Below are positions 51,862 through 62,123 of a DNA stretch of 64,000 nt, piece after piece. The stretch is from an uncultured archaeon (lineage in GTDB: Archaea; Thermoproteota; Bathyarchaeia; Bathyarchaeales; Bathycorpusculaceae): assembly GCA_963782915.1 (NCBI GenBank), contig CAWALK010000015.1:160001-224000 (forward strand), in the 5' to 3' direction. Position 1 is the first letter of the stretch. Each line of letters begins with the position of its first letter. A program made the position numbers and the translations under genes. The notes below the pieces were generated by a model that had not been told where the DNA came from, ran no database searches, and was given only the letters and a program-made list of their open reading frames with translations.

Positions 51862-52579
51862 ACAAACATTCACCTTCGACATGTTTTTAATATCTTCAAC
51901 ATTAGCTCTGCGATTGAAAAGGGTTTCCTGCCTTTACCTCAACAAAAAACCACTATGCAGTTATAAATCATTGCAACTGTACAAACTAACCTGTTTCCAA
52001 TGCTGTTTATTATGCAATTAAAAATAACTTGGTAAATGATAAAGTCGGTAACAGCCTGTTTTTGCAAATAGCACATTTGTTCTTGCCCACACATGAATTC
52101 AGCACCCACTTGGTTATTGCTCGCGGAGACAAGGCAGGAAACCAAAGGGAAAACAGCTTTAGAGTCCTAAATGTGCAATTTTTGTTGAAGGATCGATAAT
52201 TCTTTGAGATAACTTCAATTACCCCCAAGCCAATGTTAGAGTTTAAATAGCCTATTTTACATGGAAGAAGAGGATGTTTACTAAATGACCCAACCAAAAA
52301 TGAAATTGAGAGGAAAAAAGAATTACAAGAATACACATGGAACAGTTTGCAGGGTAGTGTCACGACCAAAACCAAACTATAAAAAAATAAAGAAAGCACT
52401 TCACTTGAAACTGTTGCAGGCACAAGCTAGCACTCAAGCTAGCGCCTAATCATCGATTTTTAGTCTGTCGGTAAAAAGAGATAGCCAGTGTATCTGGTTT
52501 CTTTTATTTCTGTAAATTATTTAAAACAAAACCGTAGCTAAGTCGCTGCCCAAATCAACTCATAAACAGATAAGGCAAA

Positions 52580-52837
52580 TTAGCGGAAACCTCTAGTTTC
52601 ATAAATAATAATAAAATCCGTCTTAATCTCCATAACCAAATCATGCCCCTCAGCTATCCGCCGCAAGCAACCGACGCTTTCCTTAGAGAATTGTGCCTTA
52701 ATATTTATGTGGTAACCCCTAAACGTTGGCTTAGCTTTCTGGGGCAATAACGCAAAGGTGCTTCCCTCCAAACCAGGGCATGTGTCAGCAATTTCTCTTA
52801 ATAAAACAGCGATTTCTGCTAATTCCATATGGATCAC
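52580..52837 (-). CDS. small hypothetical protein
   Basis: 85-aa ORF, no family recognised. Confidence 0.55.
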   Translation of the reverse strand: MIHMELAEIAVLLREIADTCPGLEGSTFALLPQKAKPTFRGYHINIKAQFSKESVGCLRRIAEGHDLVMEIKTDFIIIYETRGFR

Positions 52838-52948
52838 AACTAGTTTACGTTAAACATTATGCTAAAGCACTTTCTTTAACATTCGTTTGGCATCTAAACA
52901 AACGCGTTTTCAAAAAATAATTTGTGTAGACGGAATGAAAAATACGGT

Positions 52949-53356
52949 CTAATGAAGGGGCGCTTGAGCAATACTGCGCAGGTTTGCACGAGTGAATATC
53001 AGATTACATACGGATATTGAACCTGAAGTGCTATTGTTTACTTTTTTGATGTATTGGGAGAAGTAGGTTTCGGTTAGTTTCCGCACCTGTTTTTCGTCAC
53101 TTGTATACTTCAAGTGAAGCAACTCATGTATTAAAGCCGCTCTTGCTCGACTACCAGCATACGCTATCAATAAGTCCTTGCCATATTTTTCTTCGAAGGC
53201 GCTGCAAAACTGGGCGGTTTTGGGGTAAATGCGAATCTTCCCAGTAGATGGGTTGCATTTTCCGGCGATTTTGAGTCCGTTCTCTTTTTGCAGGGGGTAG
53301 AGCTCGATTTTTACGCTATTCACCGTTTTTTGGTCTATTCCTTCGGCTTCAAGCAT
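52949..53356 (-). CDS. HExxH zinc-metalloprotease-like protein, probably extends upstream to ~53522 via a frameshift
   Basis: AGKC...IRIYP and ALIHELLHL motifs. The frame stays open upstream of 53356. Confidence 0.65.
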   Translation of the reverse strand: MLEAEGIDQKTVNSVKIELYPLQKENGLKIAGKCNPSTGKIRIYPKTAQFCSAFEEKYGKDLLIAYAGSRARAALIHELLHLKYTSDEKQVRKLTETYFSQYIKKVNNSTSGSISVCNLIFTRANLRSIAQAPLH

Positions 53357-53544
53357 TAAATAGACGAATTGTTGGAAGGGAGTTTTTTTTAGTGCTTTGA
53401 GGATGAAACGGGAGTATTTTGAGTAAAAACGGGTGTTTTGGAGCAGAGTTTCTGGTTTTTTATGTTGGTTGATTTCTATTTTTGTGGCTGAGTTTTGGTT
53501 GCTGTATAGTTTGTGTTATCATGTTTAGGCAGCTGACGTTTAGT

Positions 53545-53742
53545 TTAGAGCCTAACGAGGAATACGCTATTCTTGTTTGCTTTTGATGCAGCGCGTGTAA
53601 AGCCATGTGAATCGGGCAAGTTATCTAGGTGGTGACTTGCGGGGCATTTGATTCCAACTGTCTGTCCATTAGTGGATACCCAAACAATGCGTCCCATACG
53701 GGTGCATTGGGGGCACTGTGTGTATTCGCCTATGCAGACCAT
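53545..53742 (-). CDS. small zinc-ribbon-like protein
   Basis: CPQC...CPASH. Confidence 0.6.
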   Translation of the reverse strand: MVCIGEYTQCPQCTRMGRIVWVSTNGQTVGIKCPASHHLDNLPDSHGFTRAASKANKNSVFLVRL

Positions 53743-54595
53743 TGCTTTGTGCCCTCTTTTTTGTTGCCATAACCATAATCCTCACCCATTGCTTGCATGG
53801 ATAAGAGTAGATTAGCTTGTGCAGGAGACTTAAGCTCGGCACAAATTTCGAATGATTCAATATTTTGCTTCAATTCTCTCTCTTCTAACGAAATTATGAA
53901 AAGTTATTCACTTAGCCCAAACCCAAGCATAGAAGACTTTTCACTACTAACATGTGCTGCCGAGCTTATAAACAGGTGAATTTTCTATGCTGTTTCGGCA
54001 GGCGTTTAGCAAAAAGTGCTTGTTTTGAAGGAAGCGGCAATTTAGGGAGCGGTCAAATTGGCGTATACTCTGTTAAACGCGGTTTGTTTAATAAAAAGAA
54101 TAAATAAAAAAAATTCCATTTTAATTGATTAAGATGTTAAGCTATCAGCTTAGTATCTTAGTATCTGCGTGGTGGTCTACGTTTAGAGTAGCATTCTCGG
54201 CAGTAAACTGGCCTGCTTCCGTCTGGTTTGAATGGAACATCACATTCTTTTCCGCAGTCTGCGCAGGTTGCCTTGTGCATCTCTTTGTTGCCAAATGACA
54301 TTTCTATTTTTCACTTCCCTTTTCTACTTTACAAATTGCTTTGCAAGCTTGTGTAATGCAGAGCTTACACTAAAACCTATTCATTCGAAAACCGATTATA
54401 TTGTATTTTTATGCACGTAATCAGAAGGGATCCCATGGAATGTAGCAACGTTTGAGCGCTGTAAATTTTTTAAGTGCGCGCACTCGAATTCAAGATAGTT
54501 TTCGATTTGGTATTAGTTGTACTCTTTTAGAGCTTTTATTCGAAAAAAAGGAAGCTAAACCTTGACAAAAAATCGAAAAAATACATCACCAAAAA

Positions 54596-55672
54596 TTAAC
54601 ATTTGGAGATTGTCATTACCAACCTTGTACCTTTGCCAACTTCACCGTCTTCACTAATACTCCAACCATAGACGTGCACTATTTTCTTAGATAAAAACAA
54701 GCCAAAACCCGTGCTACCGCCAGTACTGAAGCCCTGTCTAAAGAGCTGCTTTTTGTACTCCTCAGGTATGCCTACGCCGTCATCTTCATAAATCAATTGC
54801 AAATCCCCTGAAGCAGTTTCCTTGTAGTGAACCCAAACATTCTTGGTAGTTTTCCCATATTTCCGTGTGTTATCGATAAAGTTGAAGAGAAGTTGCCTTA
54901 GCAAAGAGTCAGCATGCACGATTAAACCGTGGCAGTCATTGACTACTTTGAAGGGTAGTCCCGGAAACATCTCAACGGCTCCGTCAACAGCTTTCCCCAC
55001 GTCAACATCACTCAATGCTTCCATGCCTACCTGTTCATATGTGCTTGCGATTTCGAAAATCTTCATTGAATCAGTAACTGCTTGGGACATTTTATCTAGC
55101 CCTTCAACGACATCGGTTAGGTCGTAGTGTCTTTTTTTGAGTATGTACGTATAGCCTGTTACGGAACTAAGTTTATTGCGGACATCATGGCGGGTTAAGC
55201 TGCCGACGACTTTTAGCTTTTCGTTTAATTCTTCAATTTTGTCTATGTTAGCTGACAGATACTCTAGGGCTACGGTCATGTCTTTCTCGATTATTTTCTG
55301 TTCAGTGATATCTGTAGCACTAACAGCTGAACCAAGGCAAACTCCTTTATCGCCGTAAACGGATGAACGGTTAACAAGGATAGGAACCAGGGAACCGTCT
55401 TTTCGTTGAGCCAAATATTCTGTGGTGATTGCCTCTTCTGCAGTCAACCATTTTGATATAGACGCTACTTCATCCCTTGCATTTGAGCCTGCTAATACTT
55501 CGACTACATCTCGGCCCATGGCTTCGTTTTTGGTCCAGCCGAAGAGTTTTTCAGAAGCAGTATTCCAGAAGGAAATCTTGCGGTTTGTATCCACCATCAT
55601 CACTGCTTGTCCGATGTGATCAAGTAGGTTAGCGTGAAAGTTGTTTTGCTCTGTGTATGTTTTTGGTTGCAA
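54596..55672 (-). CDS. PAS-domain sensor histidine kinase
   Basis: PAS domain, H-box RHDVRNKL, DDGVG and GTGFGL-type G boxes. Confidence 0.9.
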   Translation of the reverse strand: MQPKTYTEQNNFHANLLDHIGQAVMMVDTNRKISFWNTASEKLFGWTKNEAMGRDVVEVLAGSNARDEVASISKWLTAEEAITTEYLAQRKDGSLVPILVNRSSVYGDKGVCLGSAVSATDITEQKIIEKDMTVALEYLSANIDKIEELNEKLKVVGSLTRHDVRNKLSSVTGYTYILKKRHYDLTDVVEGLDKMSQAVTDSMKIFEIASTYEQVGMEALSDVDVGKAVDGAVEMFPGLPFKVVNDCHGLIVHADSLLRQLLFNFIDNTRKYGKTTKNVWVHYKETASGDLQLIYEDDGVGIPEEYKKQLFRQGFSTGGSTGFGLFLSKKIVHVYGWSISEDGEVGKGTRLVMTISKC

Positions 55673-55881
55673 GATGAATCTCTCGTTTCAGGGTTGGTTT
55701 GAATGCGTACTTTAGACGGTAAATCTGGTAAAATGTATTTAATCGTTATGAATTGTTGATTCATTCGAATTTTTCGGTTATTCCAGTTATAAATAGGAAA
55801 TTTATTTAGGTTTTATAGGTGGCTAAGGATAAACCGAGGGGTCGCCGAAAAATTAAATACTAAATTTCAACCCTTCATAAG

Positions 55882-56208
55882 GTGAGGGTCTCATTAATGG
55901 GATTTTTATTAGGAGTCGGGTTATTAATCGCCGGAGTATTTTTAATGCTCGTAGCGGGATTTCTCTTCTTCACAATTATCCTAATTCCTTTGGCAATAAT
56001 TGCGGGAATTATTGGATTAATGCTGCTTATCGGCGGTTTGGTAGCCGCCGTTGCTAGGACAGCCTATCATTCGCATAATTATCATGCATATTCCGCAGGA
56101 GTTAAGTATTGTCCGGTATGCGGTGTCCAAAACGCTGTGGAAAATAAGTATTGTAGAAATTGCGGAACGATGTTTATTGTAAATTCGAATGAACTGAAAA
56201 GCCCTTAA
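55882..56208 (+). CDS. two-TM protein with C-terminal zinc ribbon
   Basis: YCPVCG..N....YCRNCG. Confidence 0.78.
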   Translation: MRVSLMGFLLGVGLLIAGVFLMLVAGFLFFTIILIPLAIIAGIIGLMLLIGGLVAAVARTAYHSHNYHAYSAGVKYCPVCGVQNAVENKYCRNCGTMFIVNSNELKSP

Positions 56209-56402
56209 ATTTTTTTGGGTGGAATTATCGCTCAAGAAATGTGCGCAGTAAGTTCTTGGGGATTCTTGTTTCTACCCCAAAGTTTAGTTATCTCTAAAAT
56301 TCCATTGTTGCCTTCTAGTTATATGCTTTTCCCACCAACAAAGGAATATAATTGCGGATGAGAGTTAAAGTAATTAACTCAAATTTTTGGTGGTGAGAAA
56401 TT

Positions 56403-56717
56403 ATGGTTAGTGCTGATGAGGTTTCCGGAAGAAAAGTAGTTAGCCTAAAAGGTGACGAGATAGGCGAAATTAAAGACGTAGTTTTTGATATTAAAAATTG
56501 GAAAGTTACCCACCTAAAGATGAAATTATCCAATAAAGCGGCGGTTTCATTGGGTTACAAGAAAACATTCGGAAGTTATGATGTGTGTATGCCTGTTGAT
56601 GTCGTTTCTTCAGTTGGTGATGCTGTTACGATTAACAAGACTTTGCTTGATCTTATTGCGAATGAAGAGGTTAAAGAATGTCCAGCTACCCACGGTGGAA
56701 TGAACATAGGGCTTTAG
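56403..56717 (+). CDS. PRC-barrel domain protein
   Basis: GRKVVSLKGDEIGEIKDVVFD...VGDAV. Confidence 0.85.
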   Translation: MVSADEVSGRKVVSLKGDEIGEIKDVVFDIKNWKVTHLKMKLSNKAAVSLGYKKTFGSYDVCMPVDVVSSVGDAVTINKTLLDLIANEEVKECPATHGGMNIGL

Positions 56718-57206
56718 TGAAATCACTTTTAGCTTAACTCTCCGAGCCCTTTATTTTTTCTAATTTTAGTATCCAGAAAGAGAAAAATTTTTGACTCCCA
56801 AAAAAAGAGATAGAAAAATTGTTTAAGCGCACACACTGAATTATTTATTTGGTTGTTGTGCTTCTCGGCGCTCTTCTTTCTCATCACGCCTATTCTTAAT
56901 CGCAGCAGCCTTCACTACTTTCCGTACCAATATTCAAGCACCTCCCAATTTCTTGTCAAAGCACGCCATGTACTGCTCTGGTTTAAGCGCGTGCCGACAA
57001 CAAAATACACTTCAAAAACAGATCATTTGGTTTATGATAAAGAAATGTGACTGTACTGCGTCCCATACTACTCTTAACGCTGGAAATTGCTTGCGCAATA
57101 AGGCCTTATTTCAACACGACAGAGGGAAAGTTTGGTCGAACGTTTTTGGTTCCAAGATGGATCGCTCATTTCGGATATGGCCATATTCACACTTACAACA
57201 ACCGCA

Positions 57207-58649
57207 TCACTTGATAGCGTTTTTCTTTCTAAGAACCACAAAAGCAACAAAAACTGAAACAACAACTAAAATGACCATAAACGCTAAGATAGCAATCTCC
57301 ACCCACCCCAATCCTAAAACTACTTGATTGGGTAACAACGTGCTTGAAGAATTTAAAACCACTTTAATTAAATGAGTGCTATGATGATAGGTGAAATAAA
57401 GAAGCCAGCCGTCACCTTGGGATTGATAAGAATACTCTATCTGGTTATCGTCTAAGTAGACTTTTAGAGCAGAAATATCGCTTATCAAAGACTTAGGAAT
57501 ATTTACAGTGACATAACCCGTTGTTCCCGGTTCGCCTGAAACGCTAAAGCTCAATTCTCGGCTAGTTGAATTAAAAGAAAAATCCGTGAGAGTGGAGTTT
57601 GAGTTGGCTGAGAAAACGTTTTGTTCCTGGAATGGTTCCAACGCAAAATTAACTGTTGTGGTTGCCTCTGAATAGTTTTCGTTCCCTTCATATACTGCTT
57701 TTAGGGAATAGTAACCTGTGACAGAGGGCATCCACTCGGCGGTGTAGCTTCCATCGATGCCTGTTTTGATTAGAGTCAGGTCGACCCAGGATTTTTTTCC
57801 GTTAACGCTGTAGGATAAAAGTATCGGTGCATCTGGGATGCCAGTTTCATTGATGGTTAAGTTGCCTTTGATTTGAACCTTGAAGTCCGTCATGCTTGTT
57901 GAGCTTATGCATGAAGTTGTAAGTGAAGGTTCTTGGCGGATAGCTGATTGTGCCTCAAAAATTTTGACGTTATCGTAATCGACTGGGATTTCTGTGTATC
58001 GTCCGCTAATTGCTAATCCGTCGAAAACGTAAGGTAGATCGCTTCCGTTAAACGCTCCCTTGAGTATTCCGTCGATATAAACTGAAAAGACTCTGTTTGG
58101 CCTGTCAAGAACGAACCTAATATGATACCATTGGTTGGGAACGTAGGTTTGCAGAACGGTACCTGAACCTTCTGCGTCCACAAAAGCCCGGGCAACTATG
58201 TTACCATTATCCGTGAAGGTTACGCCGTCGGTCCATTTGGCTTGGCCCCAATTGACCTGTTTCCAGAGCCCTACCTTAACGTCATCTCCAGAGGTGCCAT
58301 TGTTTGCGGTAACTAGTACGCTTATTTCGAAACCTATTATGTCTGAGCTACTTTGGAAATACGTTACTGCGTCGGCAGCCCAATTACGTTCACCCTGTAA
58401 TTGGAAGCATTTATTGGAAGAGTTCACTGGGTCGCTGATAACTTGCTGGTATTGATTGCCCATTCCATTAAAAACCAATGTCCACTGGGATGGGAAACTG
58501 CCCACCGAATAACTATCAAAGTCATCAGTAAAAAGCAAGTCATCCAAAGGGGCAGCAGCAACTGTTAGGTTAGGCGTAGCTGAAATTGCAATAGATAACA
58601 CAAGAATACAAACAGTAAATATTTTCCAATTGCACCCTGTATTTCTCAT
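57207..58649 (-). CDS. surface protein: lectin/LamG-like N domain plus shared Ig-like C module and TM anchor
   Basis: Signal peptide, FTDDFDS...QWYHI...DYDNVKI. The C-terminal half is homologous to ORF 60163-61446. Confidence 0.8.
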   Translation of the reverse strand: MRNTGCNWKIFTVCILVLSIAISATPNLTVAAAPLDDLLFTDDFDSYSVGSFPSQWTLVFNGMGNQYQQVISDPVNSSNKCFQLQGERNWAADAVTYFQSSSDIIGFEISVLVTANNGTSGDDVKVGLWKQVNWGQAKWTDGVTFTDNGNIVARAFVDAEGSGTVLQTYVPNQWYHIRFVLDRPNRVFSVYIDGILKGAFNGSDLPYVFDGLAISGRYTEIPVDYDNVKIFEAQSAIRQEPSLTTSCISSTSMTDFKVQIKGNLTINETGIPDAPILLSYSVNGKKSWVDLTLIKTGIDGSYTAEWMPSVTGYYSLKAVYEGNENYSEATTTVNFALEPFQEQNVFSANSNSTLTDFSFNSTSRELSFSVSGEPGTTGYVTVNIPKSLISDISALKVYLDDNQIEYSYQSQGDGWLLYFTYHHSTHLIKVVLNSSSTLLPNQVVLGLGWVEIAILAFMVILVVVSVFVAFVVLRKKNAIK

Positions 58650-58736
58650 TTGTAAACCTTGACTTTAGGGCTGAGTTATAAGCTTAAATATTTTTGGTTA
58701 AAACGTTTGATCTTTTAGTCCGATTTAATCAGAAGG

Positions 58737-59052
58737 GGGCTGGTGTATTGGTTGTAACCCGCCTTCTGTTGTTTGTGGCATTCGGCTAATCGGGCTACCC
58801 GCGCCTTCCGGTAGATTCTTCATCGGCGACTGTTTGCCCTTTCCACTTGCAGGACGGCCGTTTCACCGTTTCCATGCCGGCGGACTCGACATCACAAAAT
58901 GTGTCATAGCCATATCCGGTTGGACGTTTCGTTTCTGCTCCGTTGCCAAACCTCTCGGTCTGCCCCATCTGGAGCTGCAATTCTACATGTGGGCGGAGTT
59001 TCCTCAATCCCCTAATTCGGGGACCGATGGCCACGCACCAACTCACCAGCCC
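58737..59052 (-). ncRNA. rnpB: RNase P RNA
   Basis: Minus strand has P4 halves GAGGAAACTCCGCCC and AACAGAAGGCGGGTTA, internal GCAGAAAC, GGTGAAAC and TGCAAG, and terminal P1 helix GGGCTGGTG/CACCAGCCC. About 316 nt, GC-rich. Confidence 0.92.
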
Positions 59053-59111
59053 AAAACAGAAAGCTGCATGCATGCCAATAAACATACCCAATCAAAAGCG
59101 GTTCAGTAATG

Positions 59112-60005
59112 CTATATGAGCGTGCCGTGGGCTACAAGCACAACTTGCCCGCCGACATGAACCTCTTCCGTTTCGCCTGTTGCCTGAGCCTTCAAGAAAA
59201 GCAATGATGGACGCTTAATTTCGTAACCCTGCTCAACTCGGGCGTCAACTACGTCGCTACCAAAATAGCGGTAATGTGAGAGGTAACCTGCGAGGCAGCC
59301 GTTTCCTGAACCCGTCGCCGGGTCCTCGGGGATGCCGAATAAGTCAACAAAGACACGGACATGCAGGTTGTTTTCAGCATGACAAGTTTGCGGGCAAAAA
59401 ACCAGGATACCGCCGTGTATGTCACCGCCCATTTTTCTTAGTACTGTCAGGTCGATTTTGGCTTTTTTGATAGCTTCAAGGGATTTTAAGGGCACAATCA
59501 CGAAGGGCAACCCAGTGGTGACTTCCTGGATTGGGTAACGAGTATCAAAGCAGTCTTGGGACAACTGAAGGAGTTGTGCCATCTGTAGGATGCTGAAGGT
59601 GGCTTTGAAGACGGGCGATTTCTGTTTCATCCAAAGCGCCTCTTTGCCAATTGAGTCAGTTTTGAAGGTTACTGGGATTTGCCCGACGGCTAAATTGAGT
59701 TTTATGGTGTCGGTTTCTTGGTTGGTTATGAAGTGCTTGATTATGTATGCTGTGCCTATGGTTGGGTGACCAGCGAATGGGACTTCCCGTTGGGGCGTGA
59801 ATATTCTGACGTCATAGCCCCCGTTTCGGGGTTGATTTGAGAGAATAAATGTGGTTTCTGAGTAATGCATTTCGTTGGCTAATTGCTGCATCTTCTCGGG
59901 GGTTAAGTCGGTGGCGTTGGGGAAGACGGCAAGCTGGTTGCCTGCAAACTTTTTCTGCGCAAACACATCTACCAGATAGTAATTTAAATTCCCCATTTCA
60001 ATCAT
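59112..60005 (-). CDS. PhzF-family isomerase
   Basis: VDVF, GNQLAV, SETTF, RIFTP..EVPFAGHPT and EDPATGS motifs. Confidence 0.92.
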   Translation of the reverse strand: MIEMGNLNYYLVDVFAQKKFAGNQLAVFPNATDLTPEKMQQLANEMHYSETTFILSNQPRNGGYDVRIFTPQREVPFAGHPTIGTAYIIKHFITNQETDTIKLNLAVGQIPVTFKTDSIGKEALWMKQKSPVFKATFSILQMAQLLQLSQDCFDTRYPIQEVTTGLPFVIVPLKSLEAIKKAKIDLTVLRKMGGDIHGGILVFCPQTCHAENNLHVRVFVDLFGIPEDPATGSGNGCLAGYLSHYRYFGSDVVDARVEQGYEIKRPSLLFLKAQATGETEEVHVGGQVVLVAHGTLI

Positions 60006-60101
60006 CTAGAAATAACTTTCATCGCTTCTTTATATAACAACCGCTAATAAGCTTGACTCTTAAATAATGGAGAACCGGTACCCACGGAAATAGGTGGTTC
60101 T

Positions 60102-60131
60102 GTATACAAAAGCATAACCCAAACCCACTTT
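60102..60131 (+). repeat. dispersed motif M1
   Basis: GTATACAAAAGCATAACCCAAACCCACTTT. Confidence 0.8.
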
Positions 60132-60162
60132 AAACAAGTATTCAGATTAGAGCGCTTAAAAA

Positions 60163-61446
60163 TTAGGGGAGAAGCCGAAGACCCGCATAGTAACCCTCTA
60201 GAAATTGCCTTTTGCGGTTCCGTTTTACCCTCACTAAAACTGCAACAGAAGCTAATACAGCAATTATTATGGCTAAAATTATGATCCACTGAGTCACTGT
60301 ATAGTCCGTTGAGTCGTTAGTGTTCATTTGTACGGTGACTTCGTGGATACTGTGGTGATATGTGAAGGTTACAAGTACAGCATCAGGCGCTTGAACTGCA
60401 GTATATTGTAAGGGTTCCCCGTCGAGGCAGACCGTCAATGAAGAGAGATCGCTTACCATTGTTTTAGGCAGATTGATGCTTACGTAGCCGATTGTGTTAG
60501 AGGTCCCGTTAACACTGAAACTAACCGTTTGGCTTGTTGGGTCAAAAGAAAGCGCATTAACCGTCGAGTTAGAGGTTACCGAAAACACATTCTGCTCATG
60601 ATAGGGCATAACTACGAAATTGACGGTTTTGTTGACCTCGGAGTGGTAGACGTCGCCTAGGTATATGGCTTTTAGCATGTAGTAACCTGAGGCTTGTGGC
60701 ATCCAGACTTCTAAGAATTCCCCGTTGCTGTTGGTTACGGTTGTCGCTAGATCAATCCACGAGTTACCTGCATTAACGCTGTAGGACAGCAATATTTGAG
60801 CTTCCGTTACTGGCTCGCAGTTGGCATACAAGCGGCCTGTTATGGTTACTTTGAAGTTAGTACAAGAGGTTGTGCTTTGGCATGAAATCGCTATGTCTGA
60901 TTCATTTTTGGGTTGAGGCTCTTGGATTGGAGTTGCAGTTGGAGTGGGTGAAGGGGTGCTGCCGTTGACGTAATCGCCACAGTTTATCCAGTAGGCATCC
61001 CGAAAAGGGGTCTGTGTTCTGCCGCCAAAGACGCCGCCGCTGATTTGGTATATGCCTTCTGCTGCTTTCCCGTCGCCTGCGCCGTCAGGAAAGCCGTTTT
61101 TATCCAGGTCCTCCATTAAAGCAACAAGGAATGCTTCGGCGTGTGGATATGCTTTTGCAAGTGAGTTGTTCCCGGATAGATATTGGTCTTCGTGGGTTGG
61201 GAGGAACTGGAAGTTTTTGATATGCTCAACTGTTAGCATTGCCACTACTGCGCAGTCTTCAGCGCCAAAGGTTAGTTCGCGGTCGTTTCCAAAGTAGACG
61301 AATGTGACGTCATAGCCTTTTTGTTCTAATTCGTTGACGACTTGTTGGGCTGCGCTGGATATGGGTGCCGCTGTAATGGTTGAGGTAAAAAGGCCAAAAC
61401 ATACAATGACGATAAGTAGGCTGGTTAGAAACTGCCGAGGCTTCAT
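60163..61446 (-). CDS. surface protein with unknown N domain plus shared Ig-like C module and TM anchor
   Basis: Signal peptide, PT linker, ILLSYSVNAGNSWIDL and EQNVFSVTSNST...FTYHHS shared with ORF 57207-58649. Confidence 0.8.
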   Translation of the reverse strand: MKPRQFLTSLLIVIVCFGLFTSTITAAPISSAAQQVVNELEQKGYDVTFVYFGNDRELTFGAEDCAVVAMLTVEHIKNFQFLPTHEDQYLSGNNSLAKAYPHAEAFLVALMEDLDKNGFPDGAGDGKAAEGIYQISGGVFGGRTQTPFRDAYWINCGDYVNGSTPSPTPTATPIQEPQPKNESDIAISCQSTTSCTNFKVTITGRLYANCEPVTEAQILLSYSVNAGNSWIDLATTVTNSNGEFLEVWMPQASGYYMLKAIYLGDVYHSEVNKTVNFVVMPYHEQNVFSVTSNSTVNALSFDPTSQTVSFSVNGTSNTIGYVSINLPKTMVSDLSSLTVCLDGEPLQYTAVQAPDAVLVTFTYHHSIHEVTVQMNTNDSTDYTVTQWIIILAIIIAVLASVAVLVRVKRNRKRQFLEGYYAGLRLLP

Positions 61447-61582
61447 TTAATCACCAGTAACTCGATATGTCACTGTAAATGGGTTTGGCTTATAACGTTT
61501 CCTAAATCGAACAACAAGCAAACAACGTCTCAGTCCTAATACACAGCCGCCAGCACAAGTCGCGGTTATCGATCTTTTAGTC

Positions 61583-61808
61583 TTTAAATAAGGGGAGGGG
61601 GGTCTGTGCAGAGCAATAAGCCCTCTTCTATGTTGTTTATGGTACAGCTTGTTGAATCCGCCTCAACCAGCCAGCAACCCGTCTCGTAACCCAACACCAA
61701 ACAGACGCCCCAGCCAAACTGCCAGAAGAAGAAGGGTAAGGGAGCTCATGCCATTATCTTCTATAGAAAAAAACTTTTACGTATACAAAAGCATCACCAA
61801 AACACACA
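61583..61808 (+). repeat. M2 motif followed by M1 motif upstream of tbp
   Basis: TTTAAATAAGGGGAGGGGGGTC (61583-61604) and GTATACAAAAGCATCACCAAAACACACA (61781-61808). Confidence 0.8.
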
Positions 61809-62123
61809 AGCCATCCGCCGACAAAATCGAGAACAACCAAACAGAAGCCCCCAAAGAATCCAACTCAACATATGCAAACAAGCAGCATCCGCTAAATCAA
61901 CAACTGTCCAACAAAAGCACCCGCCAAAAACAAGCATCAAACAGAAAATATTTAAGCACCAAACAAAAGAGCACAACCCAAAACTAGAAAAAAGCCACAA
62001 AAAAATAAGTGAACTGTTTCGAAAACTCAAAAAAGCAACCAGGCCAACGCTAAAGAGCCCTTTATAAATAGATGCTCTTATATACTCACATTGTTATTTA
62101 AATAGGGAAGCACGTGACTTGAC

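Noticed and set aside
58795-59109. ORFs 58795-59091 and 58834-59109
   Set aside because: They overlap the RNase P RNA gene and show no protein-like features.
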